Positions 8,876 through 19,380 of a stretch of 64,000 nucleotides of DNA are shown here, piece by piece. Each line of letters begins with the position of its first letter. Positions within the stretch are counted from its first letter, which is position 1. The translations under genes were made by a program, and so were the position numbers. Source of the stretch: Cyanobacteria bacterium P01_A01_bin.123 (GTDB taxonomy: Bacteria; Cyanobacteriota; Cyanobacteriia; Phormidesmidales; Phormidesmidaceae); contig JBCBZT010000033.1 in the NCBI GenBank assembly GCA_039815185.1, positions 1 through 64,000 of the forward strand. Direction: 5' to 3'. Below the pieces are notes generated by a model, which had not been told where the DNA came from, did not search any database, and saw only the letters and a list, made by a program, of their open reading frames with translations.

Positions 8876-10984
8876 ATGCATAATTCCCATTCTCACCATT
8901 CAACTCAGACCAATCAGCATGGAGATAACCAAACTGATACTCATCAGCTTGGTCATCACGCAGATCATCATGGAAACCATAAGCACGAACCGGGGGGCCA
9001 CGGTAATCACGATAGTCATACTGGACACGATAAACATGCGGGCCATAGCCCAGAGATGTTTAAGCAGCGGTTTTTTGTATCACTAATTCTGACGCTGCCA
9101 ATTCTCTATTTCTCGCCACAGTTGCAGGGATGGCTGGGGTACGAAGCCGTTTCCTTCCCTGGTTCAGGATGGATTAGTCCAGTTCTGGGTATCGCTTTGT
9201 ATTTTTATGGCGGCTGGCCATTTTTGCAGGGAGCCTGGCACGAGTTTCAAAGCAAAATCGGCATGATGACGCTGATTGCACTGGCAATTACAGTGGCCTT
9301 TGTCTATAGCCTAGCTGTATCGCTGGGGCTAGAGGGCAAACCCTTTTACTGGGAGCTGGCAACGCTTATCGACATCATGCTGTTGGGCCACTGGGTGGAA
9401 ATGGCTTCAGTGCAGGGGGCTAGCAAAGCTTTGGAAGAGCTTTCGAGTCTGGTGCCTAACGAAGCTCACAGGATGCGAGATGGCAGGGCTGAAGATGTGC
9501 CAGTGAGTGAAGTTCAGGCTGGTGATGTGATTCTCATTCGTCCCGGTGAGCAGATTCCGAATGATGGCGAAGTGCTCGAAGGTAAGACCAGCGTTAACGA
9601 GTCATTCCTGACTGGAGAATCCAAGCCGATTTCCAAGGCCGTAGGTGATGAAGTGGTAGCGGGGTCGGTCAACACGGAAGGCTCCGTACAGGTTAAAGTG
9701 ACGCGCACAGGGGATGATACGGCCATCAGCCAAATCATGCGATTGGTGGAAGAAGCGCAGTCCTCTCGTAGTCGGTATCAGGCCCTGGCCGATAAGGTGG
9801 CCTATTGGCTGACCATTATTGCGATCGCCTCAGGCACCCTTACCTTCATTGTCTGGCTGTCACTTAGCGATTTGGTCTTTGCCATCAACCGGGCTGTGAC
9901 CGTGTTGGTGATTACCTGTCCCCATGCGCTGGGACTGGCAATTCCGCTGGTGATTGCTAACTCCACAGGGCTGGCCGCACGCAATGGCATTCTGGTGCGC
10001 AACCGAGATGCGCTAGAACGGGCTAAAGATATCAGAATTATGGCCTTTGATAAGACAGGGACACTCACCCAGGGCAAGTTTGGAGTGCAAAATATTGCCA
10101 CCGATAGCATGGTGGCAGAGCAAGCACTGGCAATCGCGGCTGCCCTGGAAACGGCTTCTGAGCATCCCTTAGCAAAGGCAATTGTGGAGGCTGCTAACCA
10201 ACGTCAGCTGGACTTGCCACAGATGCATGACTTCCAGACCGTTACCGGACGCGGCGTCGAAGGTCAGGTTCAAGGTCAAACCTATCGCTTGGGCCGCCCA
10301 GAATGGGTGAAGGAACAGAACCTGCACCTACCCAACAGTCTAGGAAGTGCCTTAGACCAAGCCGACGAGCGGGGCGAGAGTGCAGTCGTGTTGATGACGC
10401 CGAATCATCCCACTGCCGTCATTTCTATGGCCGACCAAGTCAGAGAACGGGCGCGTGAAACCATTGATCGTCTGCATAACATGGACATTCAGGCAGTCAT
10501 GATCACAGGCGATGCTGAAGCCGTAGCGCAAGGTGTAGCGAAGGATTTGGGCATTGACCGCTACTATGCCCGAGTACTGCCAGAAGATAAGGTCAATCGT
10601 ATTAAGGCGCTAAAGCAGGAAGCCCCAACAGCCTTTGCTGGCGATGGTGTTAATGATGCAGCGGCGTTACTGGAAGCAAACATGGGACTGGCGATTGGGG
10701 CAGGTACCAATGTTGCGATCGAGTCAGCTGATTTGGTGCTTATTGAAGACGATCCTTTGGATGCAGTGAGGGCTTTGAACCTAGCGAAAAAGACTTATAA
10801 CAAGATGATTCAAAACCTGTTTTGGGCCACGGGATACAACGTGATTGCAATTCCTTTGGCGGCAGGTGTGCTCTCGGCTTGGGGTATTGTGCTTTCCCCC
10901 GCGGTCGGTGCGCTGTTAATGAGTTTGTCTACTGTCATCGTGGCCATCAATGCTGTAATGCTACGCCGCACTCAGTTGGCTTAG
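8876..10984 (+). CDS. copB: Copper-translocating P1B-3 ATPase with His-rich N-terminus
   Basis: His-rich first 60 aa, TGES, CPHALGLAIP, DKTGT, SEHP, GDGVND, YN, MSLST. Confidence 0.92.
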   Translation: MHNSHSHHSTQTNQHGDNQTDTHQLGHHADHHGNHKHEPGGHGNHDSHTGHDKHAGHSPEMFKQRFFVSLILTLPILYFSPQLQGWLGYEAVSFPGSGWISPVLGIALYFYGGWPFLQGAWHEFQSKIGMMTLIALAITVAFVYSLAVSLGLEGKPFYWELATLIDIMLLGHWVEMASVQGASKALEELSSLVPNEAHRMRDGRAEDVPVSEVQAGDVILIRPGEQIPNDGEVLEGKTSVNESFLTGESKPISKAVGDEVVAGSVNTEGSVQVKVTRTGDDTAISQIMRLVEEAQSSRSRYQALADKVAYWLTIIAIASGTLTFIVWLSLSDLVFAINRAVTVLVITCPHALGLAIPLVIANSTGLAARNGILVRNRDALERAKDIRIMAFDKTGTLTQGKFGVQNIATDSMVAEQALAIAAALETASEHPLAKAIVEAANQRQLDLPQMHDFQTVTGRGVEGQVQGQTYRLGRPEWVKEQNLHLPNSLGSALDQADERGESAVVLMTPNHPTAVISMADQVRERARETIDRLHNMDIQAVMITGDAEAVAQGVAKDLGIDRYYARVLPEDKVNRIKALKQEAPTAFAGDGVNDAAALLEANMGLAIGAGTNVAIESADLVLIEDDPLDAVRALNLAKKTYNKMIQNLFWATGYNVIAIPLAAGVLSAWGIVLSPAVGALLMSLSTVIVAINAVMLRRTQLA

Positions 10985-11072
10985 GTTAGGCGACCCCTAT
11001 CCATGGATTGAACTCAATCAGACACAACCAGAAGAAATCCAAAACCTGAAAAACCTAAGGGAGCAAAACTCA

Positions 11073-11564
11073 ATGAAATTGAACAGGGAGCGTCCGCTGA
11101 AACTAGCTCAGCAAAATTGGCTGGGTCGGTTGGTAGCTTTGCCCGAGTTTAATTTGTTTCTATTTTCGTTTTTGTTGAATTTTGTCTATGAGGTCTGGCA
11201 GGCCCCGTTTTATGACTTCTACAATGCCCCAACCCTAGCTGATAAGATTTGGGCATTGACCCACTGTACCTTTGGTGATGGTGTAATTACGGTGGGATGT
11301 AGCCTACTCGTAAGCGTCATTTCTCGCTCTCGCCAGTGGATCATTTATCCAACCCCTAAATCAATGCTCTGGTTTATTGGGGCGGGATGGGTTTATACCC
11401 TCTTTTCAGAAATTTATCGCATTCGGATTGCCCATCTATATGGGATATTGGGGTTCAGTATACCGGGTCTCCAAATCAGCGGATTACCGTTGATACAATG
11501 GCTGGTTATTCCTCCCGTGATCATCCTCTTAGCCCGTCGTCAGATTTTAGGACATCGTGCTTAG
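11073..11564 (+). CDS. Hypothetical multi-pass membrane protein
   Basis: About 4 hydrophobic helices, FLLNFVYEVWQAPFY...HCTFGD, GGAG RBS. Confidence 0.7.
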   Translation: MKLNRERPLKLAQQNWLGRLVALPEFNLFLFSFLLNFVYEVWQAPFYDFYNAPTLADKIWALTHCTFGDGVITVGCSLLVSVISRSRQWIIYPTPKSMLWFIGAGWVYTLFSEIYRIRIAHLYGILGFSIPGLQISGLPLIQWLVIPPVIILLARRQILGHRA

Positions 11565-14500
11565 GGAAGCGTCACACGAGAACGATGAGTTTTTTTCTTT
11601 GAACGCCGTTGCAACCGCTTGAAGAATTCAGTCACATCGTCCACAAAGGAATACACAACCGGAACCACCACTAGCGTGAGCAACGTAGAAATTACTAATC
11701 CCCCTAGAATGACCGTGGCAATGGGTGAATAGGCATCCATACCTGTCTCTGGGAAAAAGGCCAGCCGTACAATTACAATCAGCGTCGTAAACGTCGTCAT
11801 GACAATGGCTTTAAGCCTCACTGGACCTGCCTGCCGTATCGCGATCGCCCTGGGAACCCCTGCTGCCCGCTTCGCCAAAATCAGCTCTAGCAGTAGAATC
11901 GCCGCTGACAGCGAAATCCCCGAGAGAATTACAATGCCCAAAATCGACACGGTAGATAGGGTTTGATTCGCCAGCATTAAGGCTCCAAACACCCCCACTA
12001 GCTGTAATGGCACCGACAACATCATCACCAACGGCTGTACGAAAGAGCCAAACTGAATCACCAAAATTAGATAAATCAGCACCAGCGAAACCAATAGCCC
12101 CTTCAGCAGTCGCTCAAACTCAATCATCATGTCGGTCATATCGCCCATGGAATCAATGCCGTAGCCGGGGGGAAAGATGAGTTCTGCGCCCGCCTGCATG
12201 GCGATCGCCATGGACAAATCCATCGATGCAGGGCCATTTTTGCGATAGTAGCCGTTGACATAGACGACCCGCTTGCCATTGACATGTTCAATCAGCGTTG
12301 GCCCCTGTTGTCGCTCTAGTGTCGCTACCGTGCTTAAGGGCACCTGTTGTCCCGTGGGGGTGGTAATGTAAGTGTCCGAGAGGTCTTGTACCGTGCCGCG
12401 ATCGCCCTCGTCATAGCGGACTAAGATTGAGTTCTGTCGCAAGTTGGGGCGGTTGTAGTAGCGACGCGTAAAGCCGCCATTGAGCGCGTAATAAGCCTGT
12501 TGAGAAACCTGCTGGACATTTAGCCCCAACTCTTGGGCACGGCGACGATCAATGTTGAGTCGGTACTCAGGCTGGGACAGAGACGAACTGGTATGGGTCA
12601 TCATAATATCGGGGTTGGCTGCGGCGATTTGTTGCACCTCTTCAGCCAGCCGATACAAAATATCAAAGTCATCTCCATAGACCGCGAGCTGAATCGGAGC
12701 CGCAGAGGTAGCCATTACGTCCACTCCCATTTCCTTAATCGCCAGGCGGCGAATACCAGGAATTGTGCCCTTAGCTTCCGCTTCAATGTTGTCCATAATT
12801 TCCCAGATATCGCGCTGTCGTTCATTGAGCGGGGTAATGGTCACCGTTAGGGAAGCCGTATTCACCCCGCCCATGCTATATCCCGTGAAATAGGTACTGT
12901 TGCGGGTCAGCTCAAAACCCACCTGGGCCGAGACTTTTTCGACTTCAGGTTGCTGCAAAATAATTTGCTCGAATCGGGCAGCAGCAGCATCGGTTGCCGC
13001 AAATGAAGTCCCCGCCTCCATTTCTAAAGTGGCCATAAACTGGCCCGAATCCCCCAGGGGCATCATCTCTTGCGGGATAAAGCTGTACAAAGAAGCCGCC
13101 AGCACCACTGAGGCTGCTGCCACGGCTAACGTCACCTCGCGGTTTCTCATACAGCTATCGAGCAACCATCCGTAACCCTGCTCTAACTTCCGAAAGCCAT
13201 AGCGCACAGGCGTCAGCACTGTCTGGAGCCAGGTGCGGCGTTGGGGTTTATCGGTGTGAGGTTTGAGCGTAAAGGCCGCAACAATAGGAATTAGTGTAAT
13301 TGAAACCAATAGAGAAGCCACAAAGGCGAACACCATCGGCCAAACAATGCCCACAAACATGAGACCCGTGAGGCCCCCTGCCAGAATGGTAGGCAACAAC
13401 GCAGCGATCATGACACAGCTAGCAGCGGCACTGGCCAGAAAAACTTCCCCGGTACCGCGAATCGCCGCTTGTACTGGCATCAACCCCTGCCGCAGTTTTT
13501 GATCAATGGAGTCGAGCACAATAATTGAATCATCTACCAGCTTACCGATCGCCATCATCATGCCAATCAGTGTCGAAGAGTTGAGCGACATGCCGATAGG
13601 AATAAACGGCAATGTAGACAGCGCTAAACTGGTCGGAATGGAAATCATGATGATCGCCGTGGCGCGAAAATCTTCCAGGAAGATCAAGATCACAATTCCG
13701 GCTAGCACAACACTCACCAGCAGCTCTTGGAAGGTGCTGCGGAGGATCAAATTCACCAGGTATGAGTTGTCATAGGCTTCTTGAAATTCTAGGCCAGGAT
13801 ATTCGGCTTGAATGGCTTCTAGCACTGCTCTCACTCGCTCGATCACCTGGGGCGAACTAGAGTCAGGTTTTTGGATAATATTCACCGCTAAGGCTGACTC
13901 ACCGTTGTAGCGATAGCCGCTGCGCCGTTCTTCGTAAGTGTCTTTGACGGTAGCGACATCGCGCACGTAAACCACACGCCCCTCATTTTCTAAGATGGGA
14001 TAATCTAGAACCGTTGCTGCATCAAGGGCGCGCTCATCAGTGCGGACTAAAATCTCGCTGTCACCCTGGGTCAGTACCCCTGCCCCCTGACTAACATTAT
14101 TGGCATCAATGGCATCGCGCACCTGCAAAATGGAAAGGCCGTAGGCGGCTAGCTGTTGGCGATCTACGACTACCTGGAGTTGTCGGCGGTAGCCGCCAAA
14201 GATAGACACAGCTTGCACATCTTCAACCTGGGTCAGACGATCAACCAGGGTATTATCGGCAAACTCTCTGAGTTGTAGTGGATCCCACCCATCTCCCTTT
14301 AGGGCCAGGGTTAATACGGGCCGATTTAGGGGATCAATGGGCAATACCCAGTAGGTGCGAGAATTAATGCCATCAAGCTGGAGGTCACCCTCAGCCGCTG
14401 TCATCACACTTTGGACAGACTGCACTGCTTTGTCGATGTCGCCACCCCAGGCAAACTGAATGGTGACTAAGGAGCTGTCCTGCTGGGAACTGGAGCGAAT

Positions 14501-14743
14501 AAACCGGACGCCGTCGAGGACACTAAGCCGCTGTTCGATGGGCTTGCTGATGTAAGTTTCTACCTCAGCAGGGGATGAGCCAGGGGCCATGGTGACAATT
14601 GACACCAACGGGCTTTCGACATAAGGCATCATCCGCACGGGTAGCAGCACCAGCGTTAGCAGTGAGAGCATGACCACCGCAATGTAGATAGCTGCGACCA
14701 CTACTGGGTTCTTAATCGACCATCGGGTGAGAAATTCTTTCAT
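11561..14743 (-). CDS. RND efflux transporter permease subunit (Met-rich, probably metal export)
   Basis: AcrB/CusA architecture, TM4 AIGKLVDDSII, TM11 VRLKAIVMTT; start placed at MKEFLTRWS. Confidence 0.92.
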   Translation of the reverse strand: MKEFLTRWSIKNPVVVAAIYIAVVMLSLLTLVLLPVRMMPYVESPLVSIVTMAPGSSPAEVETYISKPIEQRLSVLDGVRFIRSSSQQDSSLVTIQFAWGGDIDKAVQSVQSVMTAAEGDLQLDGINSRTYWVLPIDPLNRPVLTLALKGDGWDPLQLREFADNTLVDRLTQVEDVQAVSIFGGYRRQLQVVVDRQQLAAYGLSILQVRDAIDANNVSQGAGVLTQGDSEILVRTDERALDAATVLDYPILENEGRVVYVRDVATVKDTYEERRSGYRYNGESALAVNIIQKPDSSSPQVIERVRAVLEAIQAEYPGLEFQEAYDNSYLVNLILRSTFQELLVSVVLAGIVILIFLEDFRATAIIMISIPTSLALSTLPFIPIGMSLNSSTLIGMMMAIGKLVDDSIIVLDSIDQKLRQGLMPVQAAIRGTGEVFLASAAASCVMIAALLPTILAGGLTGLMFVGIVWPMVFAFVASLLVSITLIPIVAAFTLKPHTDKPQRRTWLQTVLTPVRYGFRKLEQGYGWLLDSCMRNREVTLAVAAASVVLAASLYSFIPQEMMPLGDSGQFMATLEMEAGTSFAATDAAAARFEQIILQQPEVEKVSAQVGFELTRNSTYFTGYSMGGVNTASLTVTITPLNERQRDIWEIMDNIEAEAKGTIPGIRRLAIKEMGVDVMATSAAPIQLAVYGDDFDILYRLAEEVQQIAAANPDIMMTHTSSSLSQPEYRLNIDRRRAQELGLNVQQVSQQAYYALNGGFTRRYYNRPNLRQNSILVRYDEGDRGTVQDLSDTYITTPTGQQVPLSTVATLERQQGPTLIEHVNGKRVVYVNGYYRKNGPASMDLSMAIAMQAGAELIFPPGYGIDSMGDMTDMMIEFERLLKGLLVSLVLIYLILVIQFGSFVQPLVMMLSVPLQLVGVFGALMLANQTLSTVSILGIVILSGISLSAAILLLELILAKRAAGVPRAIAIRQAGPVRLKAIVMTTFTTLIVIVRLAFFPETGMDAYSPIATVILGGLVISTLLTLVVVPVVYSFVDDVTEFFKRLQRRSKKKTHRSRVTLP

Positions 14744-14817
14744 AGTAGAAGTCCAAAGTGCTAGGTGAGATTTGCATAGGGCAAACCTCACCTGTTAAAA
14801 CAACGCGAGTCAGTATC

Positions 14818-15282
14818 CTACTGGGCCTCGATCATGAAGTGGGCTTTGCCCTGCTGTTCCCCTTTATCCACGATGGTGTTGATAGCCCACATACCTTCCA
14901 TGCCAAAGTAGGTTGTTACCTTATATTGGCCGGGCTCAGCATCAGGAGACACATCAACCTCGGTCACCATCGGTTCCATGCCGTCCATCGGCATGTAGAT
15001 ATCAACCAGTAAGTTGGCATCGGTAACAGGTTCTCCAGTAGCAGTATCTTGGACAGCGACAACGAGTTCTGCATCTCCCATGGGAACCGTCTCTTCAGGG
15101 CTAACTAAAGTGATTTCAACATTGCCCTCACTAGCTTCCATGCCATCCATTTCGGGCATAGCGGCATCAGCCGATTCAGTTGTCTCGGGAGCATCCTCAG
15201 GTGATGCCGTTGTTTCTGAACCGCTTGTGCAGCCAGTAACGAAAACGGTCGCTGCAATCAGACTTAGCAGTAGGTGTTTCAT
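14818..15282 (-). CDS. FixH/YtkA-like Met-rich lipoprotein
   Basis: Lipobox VTGC, MPMDGMEPM, FGMEGMW. Confidence 0.75.
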   Translation of the reverse strand: MKHLLLSLIAATVFVTGCTSGSETTASPEDAPETTESADAAMPEMDGMEASEGNVEITLVSPEETVPMGDAELVVAVQDTATGEPVTDANLLVDIYMPMDGMEPMVTEVDVSPDAEPGQYKVTTYFGMEGMWAINTIVDKGEQQGKAHFMIEAQ

Positions 15283-15329
15283 GGGTTTTACTGAAATAAC
15301 AAAATGCAAGTATGTGTAAAAAGCGAAAG

Positions 15330-17114
15330 CTATTGCACAGGCAGACTGAGGCGAGCTGTGCCTGCTTGTTCGGCGTCGGTGACGGTAGCCTCCAAAATCC
15401 AGTCACCTTTCATGCCTAAAAAGGTGTTGACCCTAAACTCCCCAAGGTTGTCAGCAGGTTCAAGCTCTACTTTGGCCGTCATTGGGGCCATGTTTGGCAT
15501 CGGCATGGTGATATCAACGGTTAGATCATCGGCGGCGATCGCTAGCGGTTCACCCGTCTCCACATCTTTCAGGGCAATGGTGAGTTCAGCCTTGCCCGAT
15601 TCCAGCGCATCAGGACTGACTAGGGTGATGTCAAGCGGACTGGTTTCGCTGCTGGTAAAGCCTTCCACTGGATTACCCAGGGCATCCACAACCGTGATCG
15701 GGCTGTTATCCATCAAACGACTGTGGCCAGTGGTAATCACCCGATCGCCTGCTTGCAGACCTTCGATAATTTCGATGCGATCGCGACTGGTTAACCCCGT
15801 CGTGACTTGCCGCCGTTGGGCCATATCACCGTTGACCACCCAAACTGCTGGTTCCCCCTGAAAATCAACCAGTGCCTTTTGCGGTAACGAAAGCGCATCT
15901 GTTCGGCGCTGGGTAATAATTTCCATATCGACAAACTGACCGGACAGTAGTTTCTCGTCGAGATTGTTGACCACCGCTTCAACGGTCACAGTGCGGGTTG
16001 TCATATCGGTCTGGGGAAAGATGCTGGTGATTTGACCCGGAATCACCGTCGTATCTGCACCAGGTACCTTAGCTAAAATCGGTGTCCCAGGCTGAATCCG
16101 ATTGGCATCTTGCTGGGCAACGTTGGCCCGCAGCCGCACCCGTTGATAGTCCCCAATTTTGAAAATCCCCATCCCTGGCTGCACCACTACCCCTGGATCA
16201 GCCATGCGAGCCTGCACAATACCGCTGATGGGGGAGGTAATTTGGGTATAGCTTTCAAAGGCCGAGGCAGTGCCAACTTGAGCCTGAGCCTGATTTGCCT
16301 GGGCTTGATTGCTGGTTACCCTCGCCTGTAAGCGAGCCAGTCTGGCCTCAGCACCTTGCAACATGGCTTCCTTCGCGTCTACTTGAGACGCGAGTAAGTC
16401 GTACTCGTCCTGCGAAGTAGCCCCGGCTTCAGTTAGACGAGCAAAGCGATCGCGTTGGAGGCGCAAATAATCTAAGTCGGCCCGAATCTGACCAATCTGC
16501 TGCTGTTGTTCTTCAAGTTCTAACTGGCTAGCCTCCACTGAAGCCGCTAGGGCAGCAGCGTTGGCCTGGGCCTCATTGGTTTGAGAAACTCGCTCAATGG
16601 CATCTAAACTTGCTAAGGTTTGTCCGGCCTCAACGCGATCGCCGGGGTAAATTGAATAGTTGGAAAGTTGCCCCATCACACGGGGATAGACAGTTACTTC
16701 GGTGTAGGGATAAATTGCGCCAGTGTAGTTCACACTGATATCTAGCTGGGTAGGCTCCACTGTCTCGACTGTTACCGGGGTTGGATTAAACGCTCCATCT
16801 ACCCGCATCATGTCATCGTGAGACATGCCCGACATGTCGTGACCACCCATGTCATGACCTTCCATCCCAGACATGGTTGACATCTTGAATAAGGCCGTAG
16901 TGACCAAGATGCCTGCGGTAAGGGCAGTAAACACCCCAACACCAAGGAATGCCTTACCTGAGGTTTTCCACCAGGGTACAGACACGAGATTATCGGGTTC
17001 AGGCATCTTGGCAACTGCAGAAGATGTCTCGGGTGAAACTTCATCTAATGATGGAGATTCTTCTACGGATTCCCCAGATACAGGCGTTTCAGTTGATTCA
17101 GGTGGATAACTCAT
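15330..17114 (-). CDS. RND periplasmic adaptor (MFP) with Met/His motif and C-terminal FixH/YtkA-like domain
   Basis: TM anchor, MSGMEGHDMGGHDMSGMSHDDMM, lipoyl halves and coiled coil, C-terminal MPMPNMAPM...LGMKGDW. Confidence 0.9.
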   Translation of the reverse strand: MSYPPESTETPVSGESVEESPSLDEVSPETSSAVAKMPEPDNLVSVPWWKTSGKAFLGVGVFTALTAGILVTTALFKMSTMSGMEGHDMGGHDMSGMSHDDMMRVDGAFNPTPVTVETVEPTQLDISVNYTGAIYPYTEVTVYPRVMGQLSNYSIYPGDRVEAGQTLASLDAIERVSQTNEAQANAAALAASVEASQLELEEQQQQIGQIRADLDYLRLQRDRFARLTEAGATSQDEYDLLASQVDAKEAMLQGAEARLARLQARVTSNQAQANQAQAQVGTASAFESYTQITSPISGIVQARMADPGVVVQPGMGIFKIGDYQRVRLRANVAQQDANRIQPGTPILAKVPGADTTVIPGQITSIFPQTDMTTRTVTVEAVVNNLDEKLLSGQFVDMEIITQRRTDALSLPQKALVDFQGEPAVWVVNGDMAQRRQVTTGLTSRDRIEIIEGLQAGDRVITTGHSRLMDNSPITVVDALGNPVEGFTSSETSPLDITLVSPDALESGKAELTIALKDVETGEPLAIAADDLTVDITMPMPNMAPMTAKVELEPADNLGEFRVNTFLGMKGDWILEATVTDAEQAGTARLSLPVQ

Positions 17115-17167
17115 TGGCAATGTGCTGGCCCGAATTTGGCAAACTGCATCAAGCGTAGTGATCAATA

Positions 17168-17184
17168 GTGAAATGGAGATGAAA
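17168..17184 (-). promoter_or_regulatory. OmpR-family direct-repeat box upstream of the RND operon
   Basis: TTTCAT-CTCCA-TTTCAC on the minus strand. Confidence 0.65.
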
Positions 17185-17187
17185 TGA

Positions 17188-17904
17188 TCAACTATTGGAA
17201 CTCACAAGTGCGGTGTCGTCGAAGTTTGAACATCTTGAGCGAGAAGTTTTCAGCATATAGCCGACCCCTCGTACGGTTTGAATCAGACGGGGTTCTCCAG
17301 CCGCTTCTAACTTGTTTCTGAGGCTACGAATACAGACATGCAATACGTTGTGGCTGCCGACGAAATGATAATCCCAGACGGCTTCGAGCAACTGATCGCG
17401 TTCAAGTACCTGCTCAGGATGGCGGAGCAAATAAGTTAACAAGCCAAATTCTTTGAGGGGTAATTTGACAAGGCGATGACCACGATGCACTTCATGGCTA
17501 TTAAAATCGAGCACTAGATCTTCAAAGGTCAGGACTCTAGCCCTTTCACGAATATGCTGGCGTAAGTTTAACTTCACTCTCAAGAGCAGTTCAGTCAGCC
17601 TAAGAGGTTTAAAGATGTAGTCATCTGCCGACAACTCGATCGACTGAATCCTGTCGATAGTCGTTAAAAGGATAATTTTGAGATTGGCATTGGCAATTCG
17701 CAATCGCTTGCAAATTTCTACTATAGGTAGGCCAGGGGTTGCCGCATCTAGAATGAGTAATTGGGGTTGGGTCTTACGCGCAGTTAAAAAGCCTATTGTG
17801 CTGTCTCTCTCAACAAGAACACTATGGCCTTCAAAGCTGAGTTCCATCTGCATAAGCTGGCTCATGGGCTCATCATTAGAGACAATCAAAATATCACTAG
17901 CCAT
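17188..17904 (-). CDS. OmpR-family response regulator with atypical receiver
   Basis: Receiver plus winged helix (IQTVRGVGY); acidic pocket reads VSNDE. Confidence 0.88.
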   Translation of the reverse strand: MASDILIVSNDEPMSQLMQMELSFEGHSVLVERDSTIGFLTARKTQPQLLILDAATPGLPIVEICKRLRIANANLKIILLTTIDRIQSIELSADDYIFKPLRLTELLLRVKLNLRQHIRERARVLTFEDLVLDFNSHEVHRGHRLVKLPLKEFGLLTYLLRHPEQVLERDQLLEAVWDYHFVGSHNVLHVCIRSLRNKLEAAGEPRLIQTVRGVGYMLKTSRSRCSNFDDTALVSSNS

Positions 17905-18000
17905 AAAGCACTGCTCCCCTAAAATTGAATTTCCAGCGTGCAGTTTTCTTCTGATCTTGTGGACTTCACGCTTAAGTCTTCTTCAGGTTAAGGAGGCGTT

Positions 18001-18017
18001 ATGAAATCATCATGAAA
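18001..18017 (-). promoter_or_regulatory. OmpR-family direct-repeat box overlapping the kinase stop codon
   Basis: TTTCAT-GATGA-TTTCAT on the minus strand. Confidence 0.55.
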
Positions 18018-19380
18018 TAGGCAGACAGACTGTGAACGTACTGCCTTTCCCCGGCTGACTTGTGACGGTCAAGGCCCCGTTATGGGCTTGGGCGATCGCC
18101 GCGGCGATCGCAAGCCCTAATCCAGAATTGCCAGTGTGCCCAGAACGCGCCGTATCCACCCGGTAAAATCGATCGAAAATTTTGCGCTGATGCTCAAGGG
18201 CAATGCCGATACCTGTGTCACAGACTGAAATCAGCGCCTGTTGCTGCTGGCGCTTTAGGGTTAACGTGACCTGTCCCCCTGCCGGGGTATAAGTCAAGGC
18301 ATTGTTCACCAGGTTGAGAACTAAGCGATATAGCTGTTCCTCATTACCGAGTACCCTGAGGAGGGGCAGGCTTTGTCCATCCACAGTCAGGGTAATCCCC
18401 TTAGAGATTGCAAAAGCGGCCATTTCCTCAGCAATATCGTTTAGCAAATCCCCAAGATGACAGGGATTTCTGACCAGGGGACGCTCACTATCGAGCCTAG
18501 AAAGCATTAACAAATCACTCACTAGGGTCGTTAACCGCTGATTTTGACGATTAATTACCGTCAGGGTCTCCTGGGCGTCTACTTCTGATAAGTGGGGTAG
18601 ACGCAGAACCGATTCGACAGTAGCTTGAGTCGCCGCTAAGGGAGTGCGCAGCTCATGGGCAGCATCAGCAGTAAACTGCTGAATTTGACTGTAAGACTGA
18701 TAAATGGGTCTCATGGCCAGGGCTGCTAACCACCAACTTGCTGCAGCCACCAGCAACAACGCCAACAATAACCCCAGCAAAATACTCCAGCGCACCACAG
18801 CTAAGTACTGATCAAAGTCTTGAAACGACCTTCCCACCATCAGGTAGGCCCAGGTTTCTTGTTCGGTTGTTTGAAGAGCGATCGCCACCTGGTGATAAAC
18901 CTGACCGTCCCTATCTTTCAAAGATTGCCACGCAGGATCAGGGGATGTGATCGGTAATCCCTCAGGGCGCATTCCAGCGACTGCCAATAGTCCCCCAGCC
19001 GGATCCACAATCCGAATGTAATAATTTTGCTGATATTGACTTTGTAGATGATGGGTTGGCCCCTCCCAGCCTGCCAAGCAAGACTGATCGGCCAAGCATA
19101 AGTCCGGCAGCAGTTGGGTTGGCAACTGATCGAGCTGCGCTGAGCTGGATAGGGTTGCCTCTAAGGAATCGTAGATGGCATCTGCGACGGATTGCAGTTC
19201 GCGATCGACCGTTACCTCGTGGGCATGGGCAATGGCGCGATAGACCCCCAGCCCCAGCAGCGTCAAAATCACCCCCATCACCCCGGCATACCAAACGGCT
19301 AGACGAAGTCGCGATCTTTGGAAAAGCTGATTTTGCAGGGTTTTATGATTCCGGGGCGTTGAAGCGATATCCCATGCCAT
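18010..19380 (-). CDS. rppB: Sensor histidine kinase, RppB/NrsS/CopS-like
   Basis: RLRLAVWYAGVM TM, H-box DAAHELRTPL, N, G1, F and G2 boxes; true start uncertain. Confidence 0.88.
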   Translation of the reverse strand: MAWDIASTPRNHKTLQNQLFQRSRLRLAVWYAGVMGVILTLLGLGVYRAIAHAHEVTVDRELQSVADAIYDSLEATLSSSAQLDQLPTQLLPDLCLADQSCLAGWEGPTHHLQSQYQQNYYIRIVDPAGGLLAVAGMRPEGLPITSPDPAWQSLKDRDGQVYHQVAIALQTTEQETWAYLMVGRSFQDFDQYLAVVRWSILLGLLLALLLVAAASWWLAALAMRPIYQSYSQIQQFTADAAHELRTPLAATQATVESVLRLPHLSEVDAQETLTVINRQNQRLTTLVSDLLMLSRLDSERPLVRNPCHLGDLLNDIAEEMAAFAISKGITLTVDGQSLPLLRVLGNEEQLYRLVLNLVNNALTYTPAGGQVTLTLKRQQQQALISVCDTGIGIALEHQRKIFDRFYRVDTARSGHTGNSGLGLAIAAAIAQAHNGALTVTSQPGKGSTFTVCLPIS

